A DNA stretch of 64,000 nt. It comes from Octopus sinensis. Taxonomy: Eukaryota. Under the pieces are notes generated by a model. It was not told the origin of the DNA. It searched no databases and saw only the letters and a list, made by a program, of their open reading frames with translations. Made by a program: the position numbers and the translations under genes. The DNA lies in the NCBI RefSeq assembly GCF_006345805.1, contig NC_043026.1:1116001-1180000 (forward strand), given 5' to 3'. Shown in pieces: positions 35,490 through 49,644 of the stretch (within the stretch, counting starts at the first letter, position 1; every line of letters begins with the position of its first letter).

Positions 35490-38400
35490 AACTTCTTCAC
35501 TACTTCAGGGAGTGACGACCCTGCCTGACACGAGTTCCGGGCTCAGCTGGCTCCGGCTGACAATACCCGGTATGGGCCCCTATCCAGGGTTACGGAAAGG
35601 AGACAACCTTCAAAGAAATCCGGAGTGGAGCCCCGAAGGCGGTTTAGTGTTCGACTCGACACTCTTCCGGCAGCTCCTGCAACCAAGCTGGTGCCAAACG
35701 TAATGCTCTGCACTCCTTTGGACTACATCAGCAAGGTCGAGAGAGAAAACCTGACGATTGGGCTACCCAGGACTTTCTTATCTCTAGCCCAGGCCTGCGC
35801 AAAACTGGAGAGGACACTTCAGTGCTGCTGTAAAAAGCTGCAGAAACAACACGGGAGGTAACAGTCACGAGTGATAAGTCCATTCAGATTGGCGTAAAAT
35901 ATGGGCGCTACGGGTTACCTCTGACCGTGGGAGGGACCTCCGTGTCCTATTGGTTAGCTACTGCCCACCTCAAGCTGGGCAGCCCCCAGTTAATAAGGTG
36001 CGGACCTGCCACAGGCCGCCTGCTTCATTGGGTGCTTGGAGATAAGAGTATGACTTGAAAAGCGGCCTGCAACCTCTGCACCGGGCAAACAACTAAAAGA
36101 CAAGAAACCACCAGTCCTGCAGTTGGCAAGCTGGAATGTCAGGACCATGTTCCCTGGAATATCTGATGATCTACTCAGGGTTGAAGACACAAGGAAAACA
36201 GCCATCATTAACCGTGAACTAAAGAGGCTTAACATAGACATTGCTGGGCTACAGGAGACAAGGCTTCCCTCAAACGGCAAACTCAAAGAACAGGATTTCA
36301 CCTTCTTTTGGCAAGGAAGCGATCCAGAAGAACCTCATCAGCATAGCGTTGGCTTTGCAGTGAAAAACTCATTACTCTCCTCAATAGAACCACCATCAGG
36401 AGGCACTGAGCGTATCCTCTCACTGCGCCTCTCGACTTCTTCTGGCTCAGTACATCTACTCAGCATCTATGCTCCCACTCTCAGAGGAGACCAAGGACCA
36501 GTTCTACAAAGATCTCAACTGTGTCATAAAAAATATACCAACATCTGAAAATATCTACCTTCTAGGGGATTTTAACGCTCGCGTGGGATCTGACCATGAT
36601 TCGTGGCCCATTTGTGTTGGACACTTTGGTATTGGCAACATGAATGACAATGGTCAGAGACTACTCGAATTCTGCACATACCATAACAAGCCATCCCACA
36701 AGGCATCTTGGAGACATCCAAGTTCTCACCACTGGCATCAGCTGGATCTCATCATTACACGGAGATCCTTTCTGAATTCTACTCTATTGACCCGCAGTTA
36801 CCACAGCGCAGATTGTGACACAGACCACTCACTAATTAGAAGTAGGGTGAGGATTCTGCCTAAAAAAGTCCATCGCTCCAAGAAAGTGGGCTGACCATGC
36901 ATTAACACTGCCAAAACCTCGGACCCTACACTGCGAAAATGTTTTGCTGCTTCTATCAAGGTTGCCCTCAGTAGCTGCCCAACCTCCTCTGCTGAAAGTA
37001 GGTGGAATTATATCAGGGAAGCTTTGTATACCACATCAATAGATACTTTCGGCATGAGAGAAAGGCAAAATCCAGACTGATTCAATGCTGGGCTCTCAGA
37101 GCTGGAGCCAGTTATCGAAGCAAAGCGTGCAGCTCTGATGCAATACAAGAGTGACTCTTCTACAAAGTCACTCGAAGAACTCAGAAAGGCACGAAATAAA
37201 ACCCAACTGACAGCCAGACGCTGTGCAAATAGGTATTGGCAGGAAATCTGTCAGGGTATCCAGTCAGCTGCTGATGGGGGCGACACCCATGGGATGTATG
37301 CCGGTTTGAAGAAGCCCCTCGGTCCATCCGCAACCAAGTCAGCCCCTCTGAAATCAACTACTGGAGATCTCATCAGGGATCAAAGCAAGCAAATGGATAG
37401 ATGGGTTGAGCACTACCAGGATCTCTACTCATGGGAGACTACAGTGGCTGAGGCTGCAGTCGAGAGTGTCAAGATCTTGCCAGTCATGTGCAAACTTGAC
37501 AGTCCGCCATCTATAGCAGAGCTCACCAAGGCTATTGACTCCCTAGCAAGAAACAAGGCTCCGGGAAAAGATGGCATCCCCTCAGAGATCATCAAAGCTG
37601 GCAAAAACACCATCCTGCTTCGGCACCTTCATGAGCTTCTGTGTCAGTGCTGGGAAGAAGGTACAGTCCTTCAGGATATGCGGGATGCTAACATCATTAG
37701 GCTTTACAAAAACAAAGGTGACCGTGGTGATTGTAACAATTACCATGGAATATCTCTTCTAAGCACTGTTGGAAAGACCTTTGCTCGCGTTATCCTGGCC
37801 AGGCTACAACTACTTGCTTCTCGAATCTATCTGGAATCGCAGTGTGGCTTTAGAAGAAGCAGATCAACTATTGATATGATATTCTCCATACGCCAACTTC
37901 AGGAGAAGTCCAGAGAGCAGAAAATGCCATTATATATGGCCTTCATTGATCTAACAAAGGCCTTTGACTCGGTAAGCAGAACAGGCCTCTTTACCCTGCT
38001 CCAAAAAATCGGATGTCCACCAAAGCTGCTAAGGATCATCAAGTCTTTCCATGATGATATGCAAGGCACCATACAGCACAACGGTTCAACATCAGCCGCC
38101 TTCCAAATAAAAAACGGGGTAAAGCAAGGTTGTGTCCTCGCTCCTACATTATTTGGCATCTTCTTTTCGCTCTTACTCTCACATGCCTTTCAGACATCAG
38201 ATGATGGAGTGTTACTGCACAGCAGAAGTGACGGGAAACTGTTCAATCTCTCGCGCCTGCATGCCAAGACCAAAATCAGAAACGTCCTGATCAAGGAGAT
38301 GCTATTTGCTGATGATGCCGCTCTGGTATCACACACAGAAGAAGCCCTCCAAAGGCTCATTAACTGTTTTGAGCAAGCATGTAACTACTTTGGCTTAGCT

Positions 38401-39304
38401 ATCAGCCTTAAGAAGACCAACATCATAGGTCAGGCTACATCGGACATCCCAAACATACATATTGGAGACCACAGATTACAAGAGGTGGAGAAGTTTACCT
38501 ATCTTGGCTCTAACGTCACCTACAACCTATCCTTTGACGCTGAGCTCAATATTCGCATTGGCAAGGCAGCTGCTGCGATGGCCCAACTCTCCAAACGGGC
38601 ATGGGACAACAATAAGCTGACCAAGACCACGAAAATGAAGATCTACCAGGCATGTGTACTTAGCACTCTACTGTATGGAAGTGAGACTTGGACGCTATAC
38701 ACACGCCAAGAGTGTACCCTAAACATCTTTCACCTGCGCTGCCTCCGGAAAATCCTCCGCATCAAATGGCAGAATCATATCCCCAACAAAGATGTCCTCA
38801 AGCAAGCAGGAATACCAAGCATGTTTGCGCTCCTCACACAAAGACGTATGAGATGGCTTGGGCATGTTAGCCATATGAAAGATGGCAGCATCCCCATGGA
38901 CATACTCTACGGAGAGCTTGCTAGGGGTACTAGGTCTGTGGGTAGACCGCTCTTACGTTACAAGGATGTTTGCAAAAGGGACATGAAGGCCTGCAACGTC
39001 AATATTACCAACTGGGAAGCAGTTGCAGGCAACCGTGGAGATTGGTGACGTACCGTAAAAGAGGGAATACAAAGGAGTGAGAGAGAGAGAGAGAAGAAAT
39101 GGAAAGACAAGAAAAGACGCCAGCAAGAAACTATGGCATTACAACCAGCCAGGAACAGTCTTCGCTACATTTGCGGTACCTGCCAGAGGGAGTGTTTGTC
39201 CAGGATAGGACTACACAGCCACAGCAGGACATGAAATGTAAAAGCCGGACTAGACTTTTTTATGCGCAACTCCATTGCCTCCCGAGACAAAAAGGATGCC
39301 AACA
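35490..39304 (+). mobile_element. Near full-length RTE-clade LINE (APE-RT-CCHH), few disruptions
   Basis: APE: ASWNVRT, AGLQETRL, LGDFNARVG, SADCDTDHSL. RT: AFIDLTKAFDSV, GVKQGCVLAPTLF, LFADDAAL. C-terminal CGTCQRECLSRIGLHSH near 39170-39230. One frameshift near 36480 and in-frame stops near 36892, 37078 and 39046. Confidence 0.93.
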
Positions 39305-39306
39305 GT

Positions 39307-39425
39307 TATATAATATATATATATATAGAATATAATATATATATAGTATATAGTATATAATATATATATATATAGTATATAATATATATATATATAATAT
39401 ATATATATATATATAATATATATAT

Positions 39426-39487
<62 letters not shown>

Positions 39488-39520
39488 TATATATATATAG
39501 TATATAATATATATATATAG

Positions 39521-39587
<67 letters not shown>

Positions 39588-39600
39588 ATATATAAAATAA
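39307..39600. repeat. Long imperfect (TA)n with TAGTA/TAAT interruptions
   Basis: Direct reading. Confidence 0.95.
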
Positions 39601-39894
39601 TAATATTAGGGAGTATGACTCCAAACTTACAGGGAAAAATTAGATTTAGGATTAAATCAAATTTCACAGTATAAGGTCCAACTTCTCTCTCACTAGTAGT
39701 GGTTTTATCTCTAATTCATATTTTATTTATATATAGACACACTACACTACATGTGGATTGTTGGTGAATTTTTTCCCTCCATCTTCCTTTTCTCTTGGAC
39801 TTTCTTCTGTCTCCTATTTCTGAAGAAGAACTTTGCACGTACCACATCCTTGTGTTGTTTTTTCTTGTGTTTCTTCTTCATTTTTGGGATTATA

Positions 39895-42297
39895 TATCAT
39901 CATCGTCGTTTAACGTCCGTTTTCCATGCTAGTATGTGTTGGATGGTTCAACTGGGGTCTGGGAAGCCAGACGGCTGCGCCAGGCCCAGTCTGATCTGGC
40001 AGTGTTTCTACAGCTAGATGCCCTTCCTAACGCCAACCACTCCGTGAGTGCAGTGAGTGTCTTTTACGTGCCACCAGCACAGGTGCCAGGCGAGGCTGGC
40101 AACGGCCACAATCGGATGGTGCTTTTTACGTGCCACTGGCACGGAGGCCAGTCGGGGCGGTGCTGGCAACGGCCATGTTCGGGTGGTTCCCTTACATGCC
40201 ACCGGCACTGGAATCACAGCTGCAATTTCCATTGATGTTGATCGATTTTGATTTTGATTTTCACTTGCCTCAATAGGTCTTCACAAGTAGGGTTTGTGTC
40301 ACAAAAAGGAAAGGTATGCATAAGTGGGCTGGCTACGTCCCAGGTAGACGCCATGGGTTATGGTCTCACTTATCCTGCCGGGTCTTCCCACGCACAGTAT
40401 ACTTCCAAAGGTCTCGGTCTCTGGTCATTTCCTCGGTGAGACCTAAAGTTCAAAGGTTGTGCTTCACCACCTTGTCCGGGGTTTTCCTGGGTCTACCTCT
40501 TCCACAGATTCCCTCAACCGCTAGGGTGTGGAACTTTTTCACACAACTATCTACATCCATTCTCGCTACATGACCATATCAGCACAAACGTCTCTCTTGC
40601 ACACCACAATTGATGCTTCTTAGGTCCAACTTCTCTCTCAAGGTACTTACACTCTGTCGAGTATGAAAACTGACATTACACATCCATCGGAGCATACTGG
40701 CTTCATTTCTTGCGAGCTTATGCATATCCTCAGCAGTCACGGCCCATGTTTCACTGCCATGTAGCATGGCTGTTCGTACACATGCGTCATACAGTTTGCC
40801 TTTTACTCTGAGCGAGAGGCCTTTTGTCACCAGCAGAGGTAAGAGCTCCCTGAACTTTGCCCAGGCTATTCTTACTCTAGCAGTTACACTTTCAGCAACC
40901 CGTCCCCGCTACTGACTTGGTCACCTTGGTAGCGGAAACTATCAACAATTTCTAGTTTTTCTCCCTGGAATGCGGCGGAAGTTGGTCTCTGACCATTTTC
41001 AGTGTTTATTGCTCCTGAGCATCTGCCACATACAAAAACTATCTTCCCAGTTAACTTTCCTTTGACATTGCTGCACCTCTTATGTGTCCATAGCTTACAC
41101 TTGGTGCATCTTATAGAGTTTCTACCTACGCCTTTTCTACAGATCGAGCAGGGCCATCTACCTGAAGGCGTTTGTGATTTGCCTGCCTTCCTACATATTA
41201 GGACTTTGGTTTTAGCTAGGTTGACTCTAAGGCCCTTCGATTCTAATCCTTGCTTCCATACCTGAAACTTCTCCAGTTCTGATAGTGACTCAGCAATTAG
41301 AGCAAGGTCATCAGTGTAGAGGAGCTCCCAGGGGCATTCTGTCTTGAATTCTTCCGTTATTGCCTGGAGGACTATGATAAATAGGAGGGAGCTGAGGACT
41401 GAACCTTGGTGGACCCCTACCTCTACCCTGAATTCTTTAGTGTACTCGTTGCCAACCCTCACCTTACTTACAGCGTCTCTGTACATGGCTTGCACAGCTC
41501 TCACTAACCATTCATCTATCCCTAGTTTTCTCATTGACCACCAGATAAGGGATCGGGGGACCCTGTCAAAGGCTTTCTCCATGTCAACGAAAGCCAGGTA
41601 CAGGGGCTTATCTTTGGCTAGGTATTTCTCCTGCAGCTGTCTCACCAGAAATATAGCATCAGTGGTGCTTTTCCCTGGCACCAAATTGCATCTCATCCAA
41701 GCTGACTCTTTCCCTAATCAGTTGGGCTATGACCCTCTCCGTAACTTTCATTACCTGATCTAACAACTTGATACCTCTGTAATTATTTGTATCTAAAGCG
41801 TCACCTTTACCTTTGTAGCAGTTGACTATTATGCTGCTACACCAGTCATTGGGTATGACTCCTTCATGTATCACCTGGTTAACTATATGGGTGACTAGGC
41901 TATAGTCGACACTACCAGATATTCTAAGCATCTCAGCAGTAATTCCTGATGGACCTGGGGCTTTCCCTGTCTTCATGCTTCTAATTGCCTTAACTACTAA
42001 GGAACTATCAACTCAGATAGCTGGTCCCTCTGTTGGGTCGACATTCGGCAGACTCTCTTTATGCCATTCATTTTCCTTATTTAGCAGCCTCTCATAATGG
42101 TGTCTCCAAACCTCTCTCAGCGCAAGTGAGCCATCATCCATGCGAACACATTTCTCTCCTACAACATCACAATTCTCTCTCACACACTATCTTGCAACAC
42201 GGAATACCTCAAGTCTTTGGTCCTCACGGCGCAGAACATTGGCAAATTTTTTCTTATCTGCTTCCCCTCTGGCTAAATAAACCTGTCTCCTAGCTTC
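39895..42297 (-). mobile_element. 5'-truncated RTE-X-like LINE with PHD-type finger in the RT ORF and (GAT)n tail
   Basis: LAFVDMEKAFDRV, GVHQGSVLSSLLF, LLYTDDL, then C4HC3 finger CSIC..CTKC..HKRC..CGRC; 3' UTR 39895-40350. Clade assignment is tentative. Confidence 0.8.
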
Positions 42298-43090
42298 TCA
42301 TATATATATAGTAAATGAAAGAATTTTTATTAATCACTAGTTGTTTCAGGAGCCTCCAGCGGTGCAGATGTGTCTCTTCGGATGATAAATATAACTCATT
42401 AAAATAACAGTTCTGCAATGTATCTTCTCATTTCATGTACCGAAAAGCAGCAAATTTAAGGATATCTCTTCATTTATACAGAAGACAATTAATAAAATAA
42501 CGGATGCAAAAGAGAAACAAACACGCAATACAGCGGATGTATAAACAGCGTCACACAGGCTGCATGGCACATCTACACTCACTCATACAAGCATCCATGA
42601 TGATGTGAGCATACAGAGGTGTTGTTTGGTGCACATCCATTCACATAGCAAGTTAAGTGACTACTTGGTGTTTATAAGAATGGGGACATTAAAGCTAAAC
42701 TTAATTCATGCGTACCTTAAAGTACTAAGATCAGTAGAATTTCTGAAAGACTCTCATGATGCCTCGATGCATATAAATGTACTTTCGCACAATGCAGTGG
42801 GAGTGACATTACAGTAAGATTTGAGGGATATTTAGTTGTTATTTCTGTCTGTTCTAGCTACCATGTAGAAGTCTCACTCTCTTTAGCTCATGCATGCATA
42901 TTTACATACACAAAACAGGCTGTAATTGGAGAGAGATTTGACTGTTGTGTCTAGCAGACTGAGTGCATCTGTGTTTGTGTTACAGCAATCAGTTAAGCTG
43001 ACGTTATTAATGACTTTTGACTCTGATCTTCAGGAGACCTATTTCGTATGAATGGCAGCAGCTGCCAGGCGATTCATTATTGATTTCACA

Positions 43091-43126
<36 letters not shown>

Positions 43127-43339
43127 CTGATATGCAGTCATGATACAGTAGGTCATAACTTAGTACTTTGTAGCAGATAGTTTCTTTTATCTGTATTCTG
43201 AGTTCAAATTTACTGAGGGTCAGGTTTGTTTGTTTTTCAACCCCCTGGTTTCTAAAAAAAAACAGAATAATGACAAGAAATTTTTTTCTTTGGTGTCTCT
43301 TTCCAACAGCCTTGTCAGTTATGTCACATGATCTTTATC

Positions 43340-43690
43340 TTTTATTTGTTTCAGTCATTTGACTGCGGCCATGATGGAGCACTGCCTTGAAGGGATTTTA
43401 GTCAAACAAATTGATTCCAGGATTTTTTTTTTTACCTATACTATTAGTCTCTTTTTGCTGAGCCACTAAGTTACAGGGATGTAAACACACCAACACCACT
43501 TGTCAAGAGGGGGACAAACACAGACACACATATACAACGGGTTTCTTTCAGTTTCCATCTATCAAATCCACTCAAGGCTTTAGTCAGCCCAAGGCTATGG
43601 TAGAAGACACTTGCTGTAGGTGCCACACAGTAGGACTGAACTCAGAACCATATGGTTGGAAAGCAAGTCTCTTACCACACAGACACACCT
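43340..43690 (-). mobile_element. SINE family A
   Basis: Reverse complement of 21551-21950. Confidence 0.75.
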
Positions 43691-44024
43691 GCACTTGATA
43701 AGTGCAATTATTTAGTTATTACTCCCACCTGGGTGACATAACCAGTGATAAAACTGGCTGAACTTAATGCAAAATTTGATGTAAACATGTTACTTGAATT
43801 TACAAGCCAACAAAAAAAAAAAAAAATCAGTCTTTCTAAAATAGCATCAGTAAAGTTTACATGATTGAACCTGAATAGATAAGCATGAAAGTGATGTGTA
43901 GGCTGATTCATGATGCTGGCTATCAACGACCATCAGCTGCACAACCATTTCCTTTTAACACTATAACCACAGTTCATGCAGTCCAAAATCTTTCTAGCAC
44001 TTATACATATATATAATGTGTGGT

Positions 44025-44405
44025 ACAGGAGCGGCTGTGTGGTAAGGGGCCTGCTTCCCAATCACATGGTTCTAGGTTCATTCCCACTGCATGGCACCTT
44101 GGGCAAGTGTCTTCTACTATAGCCTTGGGCCTACCAAAGCCTTGTGTGTGGATTTGGTAGACAGAAAACTGGAAGAAGCCTGTTGTATATATGTGTGTGT
44201 GTGTGTGTGTGTCTGTGCCCCCACCATCACTTGACAACCAATGTTGGTGTATTTATGTCCCCCATAACTTAGTCGTTCAGTAAAAGAGATGATAGAATAA
44301 GTACTAGGCTTACAAAAGATAAGTCCTGGGGTTGATCTGTTCAATCAAAGGCAGTGCTCCAGCATGGCTGCAGTCAAATGACTGAGACAAAAGAATAAAA
44401 GAATA
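44025..44405 (+). mobile_element. SINE family A
   Basis: Matches 21551-21950. Confidence 0.8.
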
Positions 44406-47199
44406 TACACTCTCTCTCTCTCTCTCACACACACACACAGTACAACACATTTTATATCTGTTTTCCATGCAAGCATAGGTTGGGCAAAAAGTTATTATTG
44501 GAGCATTGTTTTACAGCTAAATGTTTTTCCCATCGCTCGCCCTCATCAGTTTTACAAGGGAATTTTTTTTATCCCACTTGTCTTTGAAAGTTCAGAGGAT
44601 GATTTGTTGACTGAAAGTGCCAACAAATGTCACTGTTTTTAGCTCAGCACTTACATGTGATGATAAAGAATATAAATTACACACGTAGGCACTACCATTG
44701 TCATCATCATTTAACATCTGTTGTCCCTGGTGGCATGGGTTGGATGGTTTGACCAGGGCTGGTATGCTGAGGGGCTGCACCAGATTCCAATCCTATTTGG
44801 CATGGTTTCTACAGCTGGATAGCCTTCCTAATGCCAAATGCCAACCACTGTGACAGTGTTATGGGTGCTTTTTATGTGCCACCAGTATCTGCCACAATTA
44901 CAATTTCACTTGGCTTGATGGATCTTCTACTCAAGCATGGCATATGCCAAAGGTCTCAATCATTTGTCATTACCTCCATGAGGCCAAATACTCAAAAGGT
45001 GCATATATTTATATTATGTATGAGAGAGAGAGATGTAAATAAGCTTCCATCTGCCAATTTCACCCACAAAGCTTTAGTTGTCTTGAGGTTACTGTTGAAG
45101 ACACTTGTCCAGAGTGCCACACAGTGAATCGGATCTTGAGAGTATGGTTATAAAGCAAACTCTATATCTACACAACTATGCCTGTATGTACCTCTCTATC
45201 CATCTGTTTATTAATTTTGGTGGGTGACACCACTCACTACAAGCTGGTAAGCAACTGATAATAAAAAAAGACCTCATATAACCAGGAAAAATAACCTACT
45301 GCCCTAAAAACCTTGAAATGGTTTGAAACAAATAAGATGCTATTTATTAGGGAAATGAAGAATAGAGAGAAAGTTGTGTTTGTGAGATATTTGAGGACAG
45401 AAAATACCAGAGTAGAAGCAACACTTTGTAAAGAGGATACAACAACAGTGAATGAGTAAGATTTAGTGGAAATAATTATTTCTATTAATTATTAATTTCA
45501 ACCCTTTCACATTTAAACTGGCCAGATCCAGCTTCTCACACTCAACAGTATTATTCCAAAAATAAACAATCACATCATTAAAATCTCACAGCTACAAGGT
45601 AATGACAAATCTCTATCAACGTGAATAAATAAGCAGAGAAAGCTGAATGCTAAAGAGTGGAGAGGAGGTGCAAGAGAAGAAAGCAGGTGTATTTGTGGAA
45701 GGGGGAGGATGAAAGAGAAATGTGTTGGCAGTGAGAGAACTGTTCACGTTTACCTTCAAAAACAGGACAAATAATGTTAGGAAGTTGCTTTTGAACTCAA
45801 TCAAGGTGAGAAATAACACCAACAAAAGTATCAACCCATTTTGTGACAGCATTTGAATATGGAGTGAGGGATTTGAAGAAGCCTTAGCAGCTGCTAATTC
45901 TGTTAGGTCGAGCTATCACATAGAGACCCACTTCGTTGGTACATAGATATGAAATTTGAGGGAGATTTGGCTGCTATTTGTTGCTGATAAAGGCACAATG
46001 TTCAAGTAAAACTTGCTTTCACAGTGTCTGATGTATGTTTTGAACCTTTGCTTTTCTATGCTTGCATAGGTCAGACAGAATGCTGTGAGGAAGATCTTCT
46101 GCAGATGCCCTTACTGTCACTAACCTTCCGGCCAGACATGTTTGCACATTGGAAATAAATGACACTGCTTATATGATGGTGATACTCATTTACAATTATC
46201 ACATAGGTCAAAACAAAGATGCACATACATACACACACATCTTTGAACTTCTCTGCATTAAGATCTGAAATGAAAGATCTTTTCTGTCCTGATGATGGAA
46301 GTTCATCTTATCCAATGTTGATTGCTTCCCTTACAGCCACGTATTGTGATGAACTACATCTACCAAACCCCAACAAACAGCTGTTGGACTTATAACACTG
46401 TTCTACCTCCTCTTTAATTTTCTCTGTCCTTTGTACTCTGAGTAAGTTGGATCTATTAATATGAATATTTATATATTTATACTTAGGTATTCATCAAAGA
46501 CTCCACTTTTCGCTTTATTGCATTTTGCATGTACACATATTTTGGATTTCATACCCAAACTGTTATATTTAATATATCTAACTATGTTTATCCACGTAAT
46601 AGCCTACACACACACACACACACACATACATCCACCCATCTCTCTATCTGTCACATCATCATTTTAATGTCCACTTTTCCATTCATGGATAGAATTGGTT
46701 CTGGCATATTATCTGTAACTGAATGTCCTTCTTGTCGCCAACCCTTACATGTTTCCAAATACATGTTTCCCCATGGCCAGACGTTTCACAGAATATTGGA
46801 AACGAAGGACACTGCTTGCATGATGGTAACACTCATAGCTATCATGTGATACCTAGGTAAGGGGACAGTCAAACACACACACACACACTCTCTCTCTCTC
46901 TCTCTCATGAGGCTTCTTTCAGTTTCTGTCCACCAAATCCACTCACAAGGCTTTAGTTGGCCTAGGGCTATAGAGAACTCTCACCCAAAGGCTATGCCTG
47001 CACCTATGATATATATCGATGGCGTTTGTCTCATATCTGAGAATTTATTTTTCTTCTTTGAATGCTTCCTTTGTGGTGATGTTGATGATTTTGGAAACCA
47101 ATTCATGCCTAGAAGAGTCAATGGCATTAACTGCATGACCATGTTGATAGAGGACGAGCTTCATTTTGTTGAGCTTTTCTCTCCTGTCATTTGATTTCT

Positions 47200-47800
47200 T
47201 CCTTCATTTTCTCTTCCAGTAGCTTTTAATGTTGCTTTTAATTGGTCATTGTATCTTCAACAAGGACAACCCTGTGGTCTTTTCCCTGAAGTAAGTTCAC
47301 TGAATAAGACTTCACATGGGAATCTTGACGCTTCCCTTCTTGCTACATGTTCTGATCATTAAGGACGGTGTTTCATGATCAGCGATGAAGATGCATTTCA
47401 TTAACTTTCCAAATGCCTTGTGTGCAGCTCCAATTCTGTGTTCCATATATTTTTCTGAGATGCACTTGTTTGAGAAAAGGTGTATTGGAGGTGGTAAAAT
47501 AAAAATCTGCTAAGATGGTATTTGGTACTGGTTGTGCTTGGACCTTGGTTTTCTTGATGTTTACTCTAAGGCCAAAGCAATGGTAAACCAAAGCCAAGTT
47601 ATTTACAGACTGTTGGAGTTCTTCTTTTGAATGACTGAAGGCAGCATTATCATCAGCATATTGAAGTTCTGAGATGTGTTGCGTGTGTGTTAGATGTTTA
47701 GATTGAAGCTTACTAAGATTGAAAAGCTCTCCACGTTACCACTATCTGATGTCAACTCCTGGATTGTCTGGAGAAAGTTTGTGAATCCATGCAGCTAGAC
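47200..47800 (-). mobile_element. Old RTE LINE RT C-terminal remnant
   Basis: Minus LQYADNAAF..FGLRVNIKKTKV. Confidence 0.6.
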
Positions 47801-48059
47801 ACAAAGAGAATAAGCGTAGGTGCCAAGATACATCCTTGTTATAGTCTGCAAGAAAGAGTTTTGAAAAAGAGAAAAACAAAGACAACTGACTGTGTAACCA
47901 AGTTAAACAAACAGTCGATTACTTAGTTGGATATTTAGCCAACTGACGAATAACAAAGGAGTGGAATTGAACGAGTGTGTGGCATAATGACTTTCCCTAG
48001 ATGCAACAAAATATATATCAATACATACATACATAAGCTAATGTGTGTGTATACTCATT

Positions 48060-48227
48060 TAACGGCAGCCATGCTGGAGCACTGCCTTTAGCTGAACAAA
48101 TGGACCCCAGGATTTATTCTTTGTAGGCCAAGTACTTATTTTATTGGTCTCTTTTGCTGAACTGCTAATGTTACGGAGATGTACACATACTGGCATTGGT
48201 TGTCAAGTGATGATGGTGGAGGGACAA

Positions 48228-48259
<32 letters not shown>

Positions 48260-48365
48260 TTTCAGTTTCTCTCTACCAAATCCACTCACAAGGCTTTTGT
48301 AGGCCCAAGGCTGTAGTAGAACCATGTGGTTGGTAAGCAAGCTACTTACCACACAGCCACACTTG
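48060..48365 (-). mobile_element. SINE family A
   Basis: Reverse complement of the family consensus. Confidence 0.7.
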
Positions 48366-48417
48366 TGCCTATACCCAGCTACTCCTGCACCTATCTATGT
48401 ATGTGTGTATATATATA

Positions 48418-49626
48418 TTGGGTCATCCCATCAATGTGAGTTTTTCTATTTTTATTTTTATTTTTCAAAATCAAAATGAAGTCTTTTTTAATCTAAAATA
48501 TATTCTCCTTCATTTTCTACAATGTTCTTCCATCTATCTGGTAGACTTGCAAGGCCCCTCTTCCAAAATTAACTTGTCCATGATGAAAAATACTCTTCCA
48601 GTTCTGTTCTGACCTCGACTATAGAATTCATATTTTTTCCGTCCAAAGGATTTTGAAGACTGCAGAATAAATGATAATCAGACAGGGCAATGTCCAGCAA
48701 ATATAGTGCATGGGGTATCGTTTCCCATTCAAACTGCTCCAGCCTTTTGCATCTCATTCTCACTGTGTGGCCAAGCATTATCCTGATGGACGAACTCCTT
48801 TCGTCTTGAAACCAAAGATGGTCGTTTTTCTTCTAGAATTGACTTGAGACACTCAGGCAGCTTGCAGTAAATCTCCTTTGTTATCATTTGGTTTGAGTTT
48901 AACAGTTCAAAGTGGACTAAGCTTTTCATATCCCACCAAACAGGTAACACCTTACATGGGCAAAGACCTTCTTTAGCCTGGGATGCTGGTGTTTCTCCTT
49001 TCCCTACCCACTACCTTTGGCACTTGACATTTTTATAGAGAACCCATTTCTTGTTACCAGTCACTATTCAGTCCAAAAAAAAAAGGGTTTATTCAGGAGA
49101 TGTAACAGCAAAGAAGAGCACACATTCACTCTCTGCACACAAAAAGAAAGTTTGTGAGGAACCCATTGATCCGTTTTCAAATGGTACACGTGTCAATGAA
49201 TGGTTGAATGACCAAATCCAAGCTTCTCTGCTAGTTCCTCAACAGTTACAGTGGGATTTTGTTCCACCAGGGTTTGCAGGATGTTCTCATTGAGCTCTAC
49301 AGATCTTCCAGGATGAGGCTTGTCTTCTAGGCTGCAGAGTCTGACTTGGAACTTCTGGAACCACCGCTGACACTGGCTTACTCTTATTGTCCAATCTCCA
49401 AATACTGCATTAATATTCCTTGCTCTTTTCATTGTGGTGTTGTTTTTATTGAACTCATAAAGCAAAATATGCTCCTTTGTCACTTCCAAACTTGCACTAA
49501 GAATAAGGACAAGGTAAAATTACTACCTGCTTTCATAGGAAGTTGATGCAGGTAGTTTATCCTGTGCCTCTTCCAACTTTTAGTTCATGCAGTTAAAAAA
49601 ACCACATTATTTATGGGATGATCTAA
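48418..49626 (-). mobile_element. Mariner (DD34D) transposon, decayed
   Basis: TIRs TTGGGTCATCCCAT.AAT / ATTATTTATGGGATGATCTAA; HQDNAWPH and PHALYLLDIALSDYHLF motifs; inverted relative to 24588-25792. Confidence 0.85.
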
Positions 49627-49644
49627 TATACATATATATATATC

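Noticed and set aside
42333-42386. Hammerhead-like minus ATCAT-CCGAAGA..GAAAC..GTGAT
   Set aside because: Stem II and stem III are broken; noted only as a decayed relic.
46285-46325. Other CTGA(T/C)GA occurrences (46289, 15258, 47944, 7988 minus)
   Set aside because: No correctly placed GAAAC or stems; compatible with chance.
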